Below are positions 9,350 through 20,012 of a stretch of 64,000 bases of DNA, one piece after another. Under the pieces are notes generated by a model. The model saw only the letters and a list, made by a program, of their open reading frames with translations, was not told where the DNA came from and searched no databases. The translations under genes and the position numbers were made by a program. Source of the stretch: Longimicrobiales bacterium (GTDB taxonomy: Bacteria > Gemmatimonadota > Gemmatimonadetes > Longimicrobiales > Gaopeijiaceae); the NCBI GenBank assembly GCA_965116905.1, contig OZ220732.1, forward strand, positions 3,008,001-3,072,000, given 5' to 3'. How positions within the stretch are numbered: the stretch's first letter is position 1; each line of letters starts with the position of its first letter.

Positions 9350-11086
9350 TCAGTACCCCGCCGCCGTGCCATCGGAGTCGCGCGGATCGGGAACCCCTAC
9401 CAGCATTCCCGACCCGGGATCCACGAACACGCAGTGCGCGATCCCCTGTCCCCTTCCCCACGAGATCTCGTGTCCCATCGCGGCAAGCCGCGCCGCGTCG
9501 GACTCGGTCATGTAGCCGTCCTCCATCCGCGCCACGTCGGGAAGCCACTGGTGGTGGAGCCGCCGTGAGGCGACGGCTTCAGCGGGCGATTGCCCGAAGT
9601 CGACCAGGTTGACCACGATCTGGAGCACCGTGTTGATGATCGTGCGTCCGCCAGGGCTGCCGATCACGGCGACCAACTCGCCGTCGCGCGCGAGAATCGT
9701 CGGGGTCATCGAGGACAGCATGCGCTGTTCGGGACGCGCCAGGTTGGGCACGGTGCCGATCAGTCCTCGCTCGTCGGTCAGGCCGGGACGGCCGTTGAAG
9801 TCGCCCATCTCGTTGTTCAACAGGAATCCCGCGCCGGGCACCGTGATGTACGATCCATACCCGCCCTCCAGCGTGTACGTCACGGACACGGCCATACCGT
9901 CGCCATCGACCACCGAATAGTGCGTCGTCTCCGAACTCTCCCACCCGGGATCGCCGGCCAGGTCGGCAGGAGCGGACGTGCTTGCCGCTTCGGCCTGGAT
10001 CGTAGCCCGCAGTTCGTCGGCGTAGGCCTTGCTCGTGAGACGCTCGACCGGCACATCCGCAAAGCCCGGGTCGGCCAGGAACATCGCGCGATCGCGAAAC
10101 GCCCGCCTCATGGCTTCGATGAGGTGGTGGGCGAGCTCGGGGCTGCCCGCCCCCATCGCGGCCACATCGAACCCCTCCAGCACATTCAGCATTGCCACCA
10201 GTGCCGTTCCGCCCGAGGACGGCGGTGCCATGCTGATGATGTCGTACCCGCGATAGGTGCCGGTCACGGGCTCCCGTTCGATGGCCTCGTAACGGGCAAG
10301 GTCCTCCTCGGTGATCCAGCCCCCGCCCCGCACCATCTCCTCGGCCAGAAGCCGGGCCGTGGTGCCCGCGTAGAACCCGTCGCGTCCCTCGTCTCGAATC
10401 CTCTCCAGCGTGCCGGCCAGATCGGACTGCACGAGCATCTCCCCCGCCCGGTACGGCTCACCGCCCCTTGAGAACTGGGCGTGCGTCGCCGGATAGTCCT
10501 CGAACGCCTCGAGGCGCCCCTCCAGCGACCTCGCCAGACGCTCGCTCACCTCGAACCCGTCGCGCGCCAGGATCACCGCGGGATCGACGAGGTCACGCCA
10601 CGAGGCACGCCCATACCGCTCGTGGGCGAGCTCGAAGCCCGCCACCGTGCCGGGGACGCCGACCGCAAGATGGCTTCGGTGATGAATCTGGTAGGAGTAC
10701 TCGCCGTCTTCTCCGACGAACATCTCCGGATGTGCCCTGAGGGGCGCCTTCTCGCGAAAATCGATGACCGTGGAGCTTCCGTCGGGGAACCGGATGACCA
10801 TGAATCCGCCCCCGCCGATGTTGCCCGCGGCCGGATGGGTCACGGCCAGGGCGAGTCCGGTGGCGATCGCGGCATCGACGGCGTTTCCGCCGGCGCGCAG
10901 CGTTTCGGCCCCCGCCCGGCTCGCCTCCGGATAGGCCGATACCACCATGCCGTTGCCCGATTCGAGGACCGCGCGTTCGACCCTCAGTTCGGGCGGATCC
11001 GCAGCGCTCACGGCGCATCCGGCCGCCGCCAGGACTGCCATGGCACCGCCGGCCATCAGAAGACGGGCACCGAGGCTCCGGTTCAT
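9350..11086 (-). CDS. ggt: gamma-glutamyltransferase (canonical), probable lipoprotein
   Basis: GGNAVDAA, IDFREKAP, ETTHYS, LNNEMGDF, RMLSSMTP, GSPGG; AAAGC lipobox-like. Confidence 0.93.
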   Translation of the reverse strand: MNRSLGARLLMAGGAMAVLAAAGCAVSAADPPELRVERAVLESGNGMVVSAYPEASRAGAETLRAGGNAVDAAIATGLALAVTHPAAGNIGGGGFMVIRFPDGSSTVIDFREKAPLRAHPEMFVGEDGEYSYQIHHRSHLAVGVPGTVAGFELAHERYGRASWRDLVDPAVILARDGFEVSERLARSLEGRLEAFEDYPATHAQFSRGGEPYRAGEMLVQSDLAGTLERIRDEGRDGFYAGTTARLLAEEMVRGGGWITEEDLARYEAIEREPVTGTYRGYDIISMAPPSSGGTALVAMLNVLEGFDVAAMGAGSPELAHHLIEAMRRAFRDRAMFLADPGFADVPVERLTSKAYADELRATIQAEAASTSAPADLAGDPGWESSETTHYSVVDGDGMAVSVTYTLEGGYGSYITVPGAGFLLNNEMGDFNGRPGLTDERGLIGTVPNLARPEQRMLSSMTPTILARDGELVAVIGSPGGRTIINTVLQIVVNLVDFGQSPAEAVASRRLHHQWLPDVARMEDGYMTESDAARLAAMGHEISWGRGQGIAHCVFVDPGSGMLVGVPDPRDSDGTAAGY

Positions 11087-11175
11087 GATTCCTCCATGTC
11101 TGCGCGAAACACGCGCCGGGCTGCCCGCGCGGGCCGCCGGCCGACATCGTCCAGGTGCTGAGTCCGCCTAATCTG

Positions 11176-14100
11176 CTAACTCCGCACGGCCGCCGCCACT
11201 TCGGATTCCCGCTCCGGTGAGGGGAGCGGCGGCACGAGGACCGACTGTCGCGTGTCGGCCGTTGCGCCGCCTTCTTCCGGCTCCGCTACCTCCCTGCGCC
11301 TGAAGAGCCGCGCCAGGTCGTCCACGATGCTGTACAGGACGGGCACCAGTATCAGAGTCAGGAAGGTGGCGAAGATGATGCCGACGATGACGGCCACGGC
11401 CATCGGTCCCCACCAGGCGGCCTGTTCACCGCCCCAGAAGAGTTCCGGCGCCAAGCTGGCGAAGAGCCCGAAGAAGTCGAAATTGAGGCCGACCGCGAGG
11501 GGGATCAGTCCAAGGGCCGTGGTCAGTGCGGTCAGCAGAACCGGCCTCAGCCGGGTCTTGCCTCCCTGCACCAGCGCCTCCCTCCGGTCCATTCCGTCGC
11601 GCTCCCGCAGCACATCGATGTAGTCGATCAGCACGATCGCGTTGTTGACCACGATGCCCGCCAGCGAGATCACGCCCACCCCGGTCATGATGATCACGAA
11701 GGGCATCTGGAAGACCAGCAGCCCGATCAGCACGCCGATCGTGGACATGATGACCGACGAAAGAATGATCAGGGGCTTGACCACCGAATTGAACTGCGAT
11801 ACGAGAATGAGCGCGATGAGCATCAGCGCGGCCATGAACGCGGTGCCCAGGAACTGCATGGCCTCCTGCTGGTCCTCCTGCTCGCCCGTGAACACGAGTG
11901 CATACCCGGGCGGAAGACCAGCGGCGAAGTCCTGCAAGACGGTCTCCACCTCGGCGCGAACATCGTTGCTGTTGTAGCCCGATGCCACCTCCGCGCTGAT
12001 CGTGGCCACACGATCGAGATCCTTGCGCCGGATGGAACCGTAGCCCTCGCCCACGCTCCAGTCGGCGACCGAGAGGAGGGGGATCTGGCCACCGTCCGCG
12101 AACGCGGTAAGATCCTCGAGGGCGGTGAGTTCCCTGCGGTCCTCCTCGCGCAACCGCACGATGATATCGAACTCGTCGTTGCCGGTCCTGTACTTCGCGG
12201 CCTCGATCCCGTTGATGGCCCCGCGCACTGCAAGGCCCACCTGGTTCGTCGAAAGGCCGTACAGGCTCGCCTTTTCGCGGTCCACCTCGACTCTCAATTC
12301 GGGCCGGCCTTCTTCCATGTCGCTCTCCAGCCCCACGAGACGGCGGTAAACCTCGGCGTCTTCGATCAGGTTGACCGCCCGGGCCGCCAGCTCCTTGAGC
12401 AGCTCGGGGTCTTCCCCGCTGATCTCAATGTTGACGGGCGGACCCGACGGAGGTCCTTCCGTGATCTTGTCCACCCTGACCTCGGCTCCGGCCAGGTCCC
12501 TGCCGATCCGCTCCTGCATCTCCGCGAGCGTCGCGAAGACATCGTGGCTACGGTCCTCATAGTCCGTCATGCCCAGCGTGATTCGGCCCGCTTCCGGACC
12601 GGAGGGGCCGCCGTCGCCCATCGGACCGCCTCCGCCGCCCCCGCTGCCCACGGTCGTGACCACGGTCTCGACATCCTCCATGCCACCGATCGCGACGAGT
12701 TCGCCCTTGAGGCGCCGGGCATAGCCGTCGGTCACGCCGGCGGCCGTCCCCACCGGTGCCTCCACGGCCACGAAGAGCGTGGAAGGCGGGATGTCCTCGG
12801 GAAAATACTCCACCGGAGCCGCGAACTGCCGATACACCACGATGGTGGCCAACAGCGCGGCTACCGAGAGCGAAAGAACCACGATGCGGTGATCGAGCGA
12901 CCACCTGAGCCGCCGTTCGTACCACTTCACCAGGCGGGGCATGCCGCCGGACATGAAGGCCCGTCCCCAGCGCTCCAGGAGCTTGGCATGCAGGATCCAG
13001 AGCGCAAGCGCGGTAATCACCAGGAGGATCGCGGTGAGCGGATTGGCCATCGCTACGACGAACAGGACGAGTCCCCCGAGTCCGAGCAGCCCCACCCTCG
13101 CGTTTCGGTTTATCGCCCGGTGCGAAGCGGTTTCCGGACGAAGGAAGAGCGAACAGAGCGTGGGCACGATCACCAGCGCCACGAACAGCGAACTGGACAG
13201 GGTGACGATCAGGGTGATGGGCAGGTATCTCATGAACTGGCCCGCCATACCCGGCCAGAACAGCAGAGGGGTAAAGGCGGCCAGCGTCGTGGCGGTTGCG
13301 GCAATCACGGGTATCGCAACCTCGCCCGTGGCCTTCTTCGCGGCGGCCCTGCGATCCCACCCCTCCTCGATGAAGCGATGGATGTTCTCGACGATCACGA
13401 TGGCGTTGTCCACCAGCATTCCCAGCGCCAGGATGAGCGAGAAGAGCACCACCATGTTCATGGAGACTCCGAGCAGCCAGAGCACCACGAAGGAAAGGAA
13501 CATCGACGTGGGGATTGAAAGCGCCACGAACACCGAGGTGCGCAGCCCCAGCACGAAGAGAAGGACACCGACGATGAGCACCAGCCCCGAGATGATGTTG
13601 TTTTGCAGGCTGCTCACCATGTCGCCGATGTCGGCGGACATGTCGGAGGTGACCGACACCACGGTCGACGGCGGAAAGACGCTGCGCATGGCCTGGATCT
13701 CGGCCCGCACCGCTTCGGCCGTGGCGATAATGTTCTCGCCCGACCGCTTCACCACGTCGAGCGTGACGACCGGTTCCTCGCCGAGGCGTGCATAGCTGTC
13801 CCGCTCCGCGAACCCGAACTCGACCGTGGCCACGTCGCGCACGTAGACCGGACGACCGTCCACGGTGGCCACCACGAGGTCGCCCACGACGGCGGGGTCG
13901 TCGAACTCGCCGTCCACACGCACCAGGTACTTGATGCCGTTGACGTTGATCGTCCCTCCCGGCACATTCACGTTTTCCTGGCGGATCGCACTGAGGATGT
14001 CGCCTATGGAGACGTTGTAATACTGTAGTTTAGCCAGGTCAACATCAACTTTTACTTCACGCTCCAAGCCACCCCGCAGATCGACGCGCAACACGGCCGG

Positions 14101-14658
14101 GATGGACTCGATACGGTCCTGCAGTTCTTCCCCGAGTTCCTTGAGGCGCACCAGACCATAGCCCCCGGCGACATTCACCTGCATGATCGGCGCGTCGCTC
14201 ATCGAGAGCTCCATGACGAACGGATCCTCGGCGTCCGACGGAAGCTCGGGACGGGCAAGGTCGACCTTCTCCCGCACCTGCTGCAGCGCTTCCTCCATGT
14301 TCATCGAGGTCTCGAACTCGGCCGTAACCGACGAGTAGCCCTCGACCGAAGTGGAGGTGAGCTCCTTGATGTCCGGTATGGCCTTCAGCTCGTCCTCGAT
14401 CTTGCGCGTCACGAGGCTCTCGATGTCGGCCGGGGAGACACCCGGATACATCGTGTTGACCACGACGAACGGGATTTCCGTCTCCGGGAACGACTCCTTG
14501 GGTATCGCGCGGTAGGAGACCAGCCCGGCGACGGCGATGAAGGCGAAGAGCACGACGACCGACGTCGCGCTGTCTACCGCCAGGGAAGTAAGCCCGAATT
14601 CCTTGAACGTTCGCCGGTCACGGGCAGCACCCGACCGGTCCTTTTCGCCCGTCTTCAC
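11176..14658 (-). CDS. RND efflux permease (AcrB/AcrD/AcrF family)
   Basis: 1160 aa; PKESFP, YPG.SP..IE, GMLVDNAIVIVENI, GIVVNNAIVL, RLRPVLLT. Confidence 0.92.
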   Translation of the reverse strand: MKTGEKDRSGAARDRRTFKEFGLTSLAVDSATSVVVLFAFIAVAGLVSYRAIPKESFPETEIPFVVVNTMYPGVSPADIESLVTRKIEDELKAIPDIKELTSTSVEGYSSVTAEFETSMNMEEALQQVREKVDLARPELPSDAEDPFVMELSMSDAPIMQVNVAGGYGLVRLKELGEELQDRIESIPAVLRVDLRGGLEREVKVDVDLAKLQYYNVSIGDILSAIRQENVNVPGGTINVNGIKYLVRVDGEFDDPAVVGDLVVATVDGRPVYVRDVATVEFGFAERDSYARLGEEPVVTLDVVKRSGENIIATAEAVRAEIQAMRSVFPPSTVVSVTSDMSADIGDMVSSLQNNIISGLVLIVGVLLFVLGLRTSVFVALSIPTSMFLSFVVLWLLGVSMNMVVLFSLILALGMLVDNAIVIVENIHRFIEEGWDRRAAAKKATGEVAIPVIAATATTLAAFTPLLFWPGMAGQFMRYLPITLIVTLSSSLFVALVIVPTLCSLFLRPETASHRAINRNARVGLLGLGGLVLFVVAMANPLTAILLVITALALWILHAKLLERWGRAFMSGGMPRLVKWYERRLRWSLDHRIVVLSLSVAALLATIVVYRQFAAPVEYFPEDIPPSTLFVAVEAPVGTAAGVTDGYARRLKGELVAIGGMEDVETVVTTVGSGGGGGGPMGDGGPSGPEAGRITLGMTDYEDRSHDVFATLAEMQERIGRDLAGAEVRVDKITEGPPSGPPVNIEISGEDPELLKELAARAVNLIEDAEVYRRLVGLESDMEEGRPELRVEVDREKASLYGLSTNQVGLAVRGAINGIEAAKYRTGNDEFDIIVRLREEDRRELTALEDLTAFADGGQIPLLSVADWSVGEGYGSIRRKDLDRVATISAEVASGYNSNDVRAEVETVLQDFAAGLPPGYALVFTGEQEDQQEAMQFLGTAFMAALMLIALILVSQFNSVVKPLIILSSVIMSTIGVLIGLLVFQMPFVIIMTGVGVISLAGIVVNNAIVLIDYIDVLRERDGMDRREALVQGGKTRLRPVLLTALTTALGLIPLAVGLNFDFFGLFASLAPELFWGGEQAAWWGPMAVAVIVGIIFATFLTLILVPVLYSIVDDLARLFRRREVAEPEEGGATADTRQSVLVPPLPSPERESEVAAAVRS

Positions 14659-15794
14659 CGTGCCGCCCCCTCCCCGCCGGCCCCCGGCACGATCCGGACC
14701 CGGTCACCGTCGGTCAGTCCCTGCTGGCCCACCACGATCAGGCGGTCTCCCGCCGCCAGACCGGACGCGACCACCGCGTCGTTGCCCTGGCTCAGCGAGA
14801 CCCGCACCCGTCTTCCGGCGGCCCGGGCCTCTCCACCCGATTCCTCGACCACGAACACCATGTGCCCGTCCTCCAGCGACACGAGCGCCTGCCGCGGCGC
14901 CACGATCGCGGCGGTCAACTCCTCCTGCACGACCGTGATCGACGCCACCATTCCCGGCTTTATCGATCCGCCCGGGTTCGCAATCGTCACCTCGATCGGG
15001 AAGGTGCGGTTCTCGGGATCGACGGTGACTCCCGCGTAGACGATCGACCCATCGAACGCCTCGCCCGGCAGGACATCAAAGGCCACCGAGGCCGACGCGC
15101 CCGCGGAGAGGTCGAGGGCATACCGTTCAGGGACCCCCGCCATGATCCTCACCGAGTCCGCCTGTACGATCCGGGCCACCGCAGTGCCCGGGGACACCAT
15201 GGCGCCCAGCTCGACCAGGCGCGCGTCCAGCACGCCGCTGATCGGCGCCGTGACGACGGTGCGCGCCAGCCGCTCGCGAAGCGCCGCGAGGTTCCCCCGA
15301 CTCTCCTCGGCTGCGTACTGCGCCTCATGATAGGCCAATTCCGAACCCACGCCGTCTTCCTCCCACAGCTTCTTCCTGCGCTCCCACACCTCTTCGGCGT
15401 AGGTGGCCTGAGCCGTGGCGGCCTGGACCTGCGCACTCAGAATCGCGTCGTCCAGACGGACGATCGCCTGCCCCGCGCGGATCCGCGCGCCCTTGTCACG
15501 AACGATGCGTCTGACCACGCCGCTCTCCTGCGCCGAAACCACGACATCGCGCATCGCGGTCGCCACCCCGGTCAGGCGGATCACCCGTGTGAATGGCCGG
15601 GGCTCCACGGGCATCACCTCCACATTCACAACCCGCGAGAACTCCTCGACCCCGTCCTCTCCCTGTGCGGAACCCTCCCGCTGCGCCCCGCCGCAACCAC
15701 TCGAAACGGCACCGCAGACCAACAACACCGCCAGCACCCGGCGGACACGCGCCTGCTCCATCATATCGGACGTCACTCTGTCTTCAGTACTCAT
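14655..15794 (-). CDS. RND periplasmic adaptor (membrane fusion protein)
   Basis: Lipoyl-like SGVV..G...RAGQ and APISGV motifs, [18 protein letters not shown]; overlaps flanking genes. Confidence 0.9.
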   Translation of the reverse strand: MSTEDRVTSDMMEQARVRRVLAVLLVCGAVSSGCGGAQREGSAQGEDGVEEFSRVVNVEVMPVEPRPFTRVIRLTGVATAMRDVVVSAQESGVVRRIVRDKGARIRAGQAIVRLDDAILSAQVQAATAQATYAEEVWERRKKLWEEDGVGSELAYHEAQYAAEESRGNLAALRERLARTVVTAPISGVLDARLVELGAMVSPGTAVARIVQADSVRIMAGVPERYALDLSAGASASVAFDVLPGEAFDGSIVYAGVTVDPENRTFPIEVTIANPGGSIKPGMVASITVVQEELTAAIVAPRQALVSLEDGHMVFVVEESGGEARAAGRRVRVSLSQGNDAVVASGLAAGDRLIVVGQQGLTDGDRVRIVPGAGGEGAAR

Positions 15795-17356
15795 CAGCCC
15801 CCTGTCCCCCCGTCACCCGCTCCGGGATCGATGTCGACCATCGGCACTCTTCCCGCCGCCTCGTCGAGTCTGGCCCTTGTTGCAAGGTAGTCATACACCG
15901 CCTGGGCGTAGTTGAATTCACTCTGGCGCAAGGCCACTTCGGCATCGGTCAGCTCCAGCTGGCTGCCCAGTCCCTCCCGGTACTGCGCGCTCGCGATCTC
16001 GTAACCCCGCTCGGCCTGGGCGACGGCGAGCCGCTGTCCCACGGCACGCTCGCGAGCCTCCAGGACGTTGTCCGTGAGGTTGCGGAGCTCGGCAACGGCC
16101 CGGTCGGTCGCAAAGCGGGTCTGTGTCTCCGCCTGCCGGAGCGCCGCTTGCCTCTGGTCGATGCGCGCGTCCCGGCTGAACCCCGAGAAGATGGGAAAGG
16201 TGACGCGCAACCCCACCTGTTTGGACGAGCCCCGCTGGGCATCGGTACCGAAGAAGTCCGGCGGGCCGTTCTGCTGGGCCGCAAGGCCATAGGTGCCGAA
16301 CGCGAACACCTTGGGCAGGTAGTCCACCTGTTCGATCCTCAGCTCGGTGCGCCTGAGTCCCTCGGTAATCGCCAACTGACGAATGTCCGACCGGTCACCG
16401 GCATCCTCCGTGAGAGACTGCTGCAGCGACGCCGCGTCGGGTGCCCCCACCCCCATGAACGCCAGGATATCCCGGTTGGCACTGGTGTTGGCGTCGAAGC
16501 TCTCGAGGTCGATCCGGGCCAGTTCACCGGCGACATTCAGCTCGGTGTCCGGATCCAGAGCCATTTCGACGGCGAGCGTCCGCCTGGCCGCGTCGCGGCG
16601 GTTGCGCGCCCGCCTGAGGTTGGGCTCGAGGTTGGCAAGTTCCACTTCCAGCCGCAGCACTTCGTAGTCCGACGTCATTCCGGCCTCGCGCATCGCCGTG
16701 GTCTCGCGGAGCGATTCGCGCACACGGCGCAGCGAGTTCTCGGTAAGGCGGACCTCCTCCTGGCCCAGGAGCACGTCGTAGAACGCCAGCCGCACCCTCG
16801 TCACGGTCTGTTGCGTCCTTCCGCGGAGCGCCTCCCGCTGAAGGCCCTCGAAGCGTGCCGCCGCCCCCACGCCCACGAAGATGCGGGGATCGAAGAGGGT
16901 CTGCTCGGCATTGACGGAAAGGCTCCAGATGTTGTCCGCCCCGAACTGGACTGGAATGAACTCCCCCTCGGCCGCGCTCGGATCGAAGATCTGGGCGGGC
17001 AGGAAGCTCACCTGCGGCGCCACGTTGCGGGTGAACGACGTCGACAGGTTGACGTTCGGATACACCTCGCTCCAGGCCTCCGACACCTGCTCCCCCGCGA
17101 CCGCAAGCTGGTATTCCGCGTCCAGGACGTCGCGATTGCGGTCGAGCGCGGTCCGCACCACTTCGCTCAGCAGTGCCGGCGCTCCGTCACCGGTCCATCC
17201 CGGCTCCTGCCCTCCCGCACGCGCAGTGCCGACCGGGGTTGTGAGGGCCAGGGCTGTGAGGGCCAGGGCCATGATCGTCCTGCCGGCCAGTCGCCGAGCC
17301 GCTCGACTGGAATCACGCCGGCCCACGGGCCGGTGATGTCTGTCAAATCGATCCAT
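15794..17356 (-). CDS. TolC family outer membrane efflux protein
   Basis: Signal peptide, [39 protein letters not shown]; start uncertain (17356 or 17401). Confidence 0.88.
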   Translation of the reverse strand: MDRFDRHHRPVGRRDSSRAARRLAGRTIMALALTALALTTPVGTARAGGQEPGWTGDGAPALLSEVVRTALDRNRDVLDAEYQLAVAGEQVSEAWSEVYPNVNLSTSFTRNVAPQVSFLPAQIFDPSAAEGEFIPVQFGADNIWSLSVNAEQTLFDPRIFVGVGAAARFEGLQREALRGRTQQTVTRVRLAFYDVLLGQEEVRLTENSLRRVRESLRETTAMREAGMTSDYEVLRLEVELANLEPNLRRARNRRDAARRTLAVEMALDPDTELNVAGELARIDLESFDANTSANRDILAFMGVGAPDAASLQQSLTEDAGDRSDIRQLAITEGLRRTELRIEQVDYLPKVFAFGTYGLAAQQNGPPDFFGTDAQRGSSKQVGLRVTFPIFSGFSRDARIDQRQAALRQAETQTRFATDRAVAELRNLTDNVLEARERAVGQRLAVAQAERGYEIASAQYREGLGSQLELTDAEVALRQSEFNYAQAVYDYLATRARLDEAAGRVPMVDIDPGAGDGGTGG

Positions 17357-17620
17357 ATCGTCAGTCAATCTCTCTTTGGTAATCTCTCGGGCGCTCTTCA
17401 TCTTCTGTTCGTCAAGGTCCGCCGGGGCGCCAGCCGAAATGACACGTTCCCGGTCTCTTACGTTGCGAAGGCCAAAGTCCTTGACTGGTCTTGCGCAAAC
17501 CCCACGGGGTCATCAACGTGTTTTCGGCGGCGCGGACGAAGCCGCGGAGCCGGCTGGCCGGACGGTCCCGCACGGTGCGAGGCCGACGGAAGTGTACAGT
17601 TCACCATCAAGGAGCACAGG

Positions 17621-17839
17621 ATGCGGACCACGGGAACCGTGAAGTGGTTCAACGACGCGAAGGGATTCGGATTCATCAGCCCGGAGGCAGGCGAGAGGGA
17701 CTGTTTTGTCCACTATTCCGCGATCGAGGGCGATGGCTTCAAGAGTCTTGCCGAGGGCGACCAGGTCGAATTCGATTTGGTGAACGGCCCGAAGGGACCG
17801 GCCGCGGAAAACGTCAGCCGCGTCGGGGAGATGTCCTGA
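17621..17839 (+). CDS. cspA: cold-shock protein
   Basis: [19 protein letters not shown]...[35 protein letters not shown] upstream. Confidence 0.95.
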   Translation: MRTTGTVKWFNDAKGFGFISPEAGERDCFVHYSAIEGDGFKSLAEGDQVEFDLVNGPKGPAAENVSRVGEMS

Positions 17840-17871
17840 CAGGCAACCCATTCTGAACGGATCGGGCAAGG

Positions 17872-17911
17872 AACGAGGCCGACGGGGAACCGACCGTCGG
17901 CCTCGTTTTTT
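17872..17911 (+). terminator. intrinsic terminator after csp
   Basis: Perfect 14-bp stem AACGAGGCCGACGG / CCGTCGGCCTCGTT, 8-nt loop, T-run; lies between convergent genes. Confidence 0.9.
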
Positions 17912-17912
17912 C

Positions 17913-18407
17913 CTACTCGAAGAAGGCTGCATGCCAGCGTTCCCGGGCGGGACCCTCCCAACGGCCCCCGCGCAATTCGGCCAGCGCGGTGATCGAGTTG
18001 TCAAAGACGACCGATTCCGGCAGCACCTCCCCATCGGCCGCCAGCGCCCGGAACCGGGGGCGGGAGGCTCGCCGGATGCTTCCGCGCGCATCGCGGTACC
18101 AGATCGCTTCGTTGCCCAGGAACCGCACCCCCAGCCTGTCTTCGAATCCTCTCAACACCGTCACCAGTGCGTCTATGGAACACCCTGACGGAGGTGCCGA
18201 CTCGATGTCCACCGCGACCACCAGGAATCGCTCGTAGCACCAGGACCGGGCCGCGCGCAACGGTACGCCGTGGGCCGTCCACTGCGCCAGGAACCCATCC
18301 ACCGCGTCGAGCACCGACCCGGCCTCGGCACCGCCCAGCTCGCGATCCGAGCCGAACACCCAGACGCGAGCACTGTCGGGGAAGGCGTCCAGGGCCGCGA
18401 TGTTCAC
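17913..18407 (-). CDS. conserved hypothetical protein (RVWVF, WxxHG, SGCSID motifs)
   Basis: Good codon bias; GTG start overlaps the upstream stop (GTGA). Confidence 0.75.
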   Translation of the reverse strand: MNIAALDAFPDSARVWVFGSDRELGGAEAGSVLDAVDGFLAQWTAHGVPLRAARSWCYERFLVVAVDIESAPPSGCSIDALVTVLRGFEDRLGVRFLGNEAIWYRDARGSIRRASRPRFRALAADGEVLPESVVFDNSITALAELRGGRWEGPARERWHAAFFE

Positions 18408-19516
18408 GACGCCGCCTCGCTGCCTGCCAGCGGCGGACCGGGAGCATTCTTGTCCAGGAGGACCGCGATCCATTTCAGATCCTTCGTATTCTCGAGCATG
18501 ATCTTGACAATCATGGTAAGGGGGACGGACAGCAGCGCGCCCAGGGGCCCCCAGAGCCAGCCCCAGAACACAAGCGAGAGGATCACGACGAGGGTGGACA
18601 GGCCGAGCCGCCGACCCATCAGCGTCGGTTCGAGCCAGTTCCCGAACACGATGTTCACCGCCAGGTAGCCGGCGCCCACGATCAGCGTCGATTGCAGATC
18701 CAGTCCCACGAAGGCAGCGGTCTGCGGATCCACCTCAATGAGCGCCAGGAGCACCGCGGGCACCGATGCGATCACCGAACCGATGGTGGGCACGTAGTTC
18801 AAGGCGAAAGCGATCAGCCCCAGGAGGACGGGCAGCTCGATCCCCATGATCCAGGTCCACGTTCCCAGGAGCACGCCCGTGGCGATGCTCACGAGCGTCT
18901 TGATCACAAGATACCCCTGAACCTCGTCCACGACCTTCCGCATGCGCTCGTCCGAAGCGATTCCGTCGCCCGCGATCGCGCGCAGCTTGTGGGGAAGGAC
19001 CGCCGCCTCGCCGAGCGCGAACGCCAGGATCAGAAAGACGAGGAAGACGGTCGACAGGAACGAGAAGGCCCAGGTGGTCGCACCAGTGGCCAGAGCCGCC
19101 AGCAGAGGAAGATCAAACAGCCCCTGGAACGCGTCCATGATCTCGCCCTCCTCAACGAAGGGCCACCAGGCCGTGAACCCCTGCAGCATTCCCTCGAGCG
19201 GCACCTGCAGCGCGTCGATCTGAATCTGAACGCGCGCCACCAGGTCCGGGAGCTGAAGGCTGGCGATCAGGATCAGGAGGCCGAGCAGGGACGCCACCGC
19301 CAGAACCGTCACCAGGATCGCCAGGAACTGGGGCACGCGCCTGTTCTTCAGCCAGAAGACAAGGGGGAGAAAGATTACGGCAAGGAACAGCGCCACCGCG
19401 GTGGGCAGCAGAACCGGCTGGGCGAAGCGCAGGCCCTGGATCACGATTACCGCTACCGCGAGTGTGAAGAGGAAGCGCAGCCCGGGGTTTTGATCCAGTT
19501 GGTCGAAGACCATCAC
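18404..19516 (-). CDS. AI-2E family transporter
   Basis: Multi-TM; LNYVPTIGS, N.LEP.LMG, SLVFWGWLWG..GALLSVPLT. Confidence 0.9.
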   Translation of the reverse strand: MMVFDQLDQNPGLRFLFTLAVAVIVIQGLRFAQPVLLPTAVALFLAVIFLPLVFWLKNRRVPQFLAILVTVLAVASLLGLLILIASLQLPDLVARVQIQIDALQVPLEGMLQGFTAWWPFVEEGEIMDAFQGLFDLPLLAALATGATTWAFSFLSTVFLVFLILAFALGEAAVLPHKLRAIAGDGIASDERMRKVVDEVQGYLVIKTLVSIATGVLLGTWTWIMGIELPVLLGLIAFALNYVPTIGSVIASVPAVLLALIEVDPQTAAFVGLDLQSTLIVGAGYLAVNIVFGNWLEPTLMGRRLGLSTLVVILSLVFWGWLWGPLGALLSVPLTMIVKIMLENTKDLKWIAVLLDKNAPGPPLAGSEAAS

Positions 19517-19556
19517 GTTAGCTTTGAATGAGGCTCCTCAAGGTAGGTGAAGTCTA

Positions 19557-19961
19557 ATGGGCAAGCCGATATCAGCGAAATACCCGGCACCGCGTTCCGA
19601 CCCCCCAGCCGAACCGGATCGAAGAGCTGGAGCGCGGGCGCTGCTGTCCGCCTGCCGCGTGGATACCTTCCGCTCCGGAGGGAAGGGCGGACAGCATCAG
19701 AACAAGGTCGAGACGGGCGTGCGCCTCACACACGAACCCACCGGGATCGTGGCGACTTCGCGACGGCACCGCTCACGGCACCGCAACCTGGAAGAGGCTC
19801 TCCGCACGCTGGAAGGCAAGCTGGCCGATCACTTCCGGGAGCCGCCTCCACGAATCCCCACCGCCGTGCCGAAGCGCGAGAAGCGGCGCCGCCGCGAGGA
19901 AAAGCTGAAACGATCGCGGCTCAAGCGCCTGCGCCGGAAACCGGATCCCGACAATCCCTGA
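19557..19961 (+). CDS. short class I release-factor homolog, ArfB/YaeJ-like ribosome rescue factor
   Basis: [21 protein letters not shown] and a basic C-terminal tail ([25 protein letters not shown]). Confidence 0.85.
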   Translation: MGKPISAKYPAPRSDPPAEPDRRAGARALLSACRVDTFRSGGKGGQHQNKVETGVRLTHEPTGIVATSRRHRSRHRNLEEALRTLEGKLADHFREPPPRIPTAVPKREKRRRREEKLKRSRLKRLRRKPDPDNP

Positions 19962-20012
19962 GCGCGCATCGGGCTGTCCTCCGACCCCGGGCGTCCGACC
20001 CTGGGCGCCCGA

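Noticed and set aside
11176..14658. RND permeases inactive because DD/K relay residues read DN/N
   Set aside because: DN in TM4 and N at the TM10 Lys position occur in all three permeases here and are common in this RND subgroup.
15593..17839. 748-aa ORF ending in a cold-shock domain
   Set aside because: Only the last 72 aa are real (own SD and ATG at 17621); the rest is antisense to tolC.
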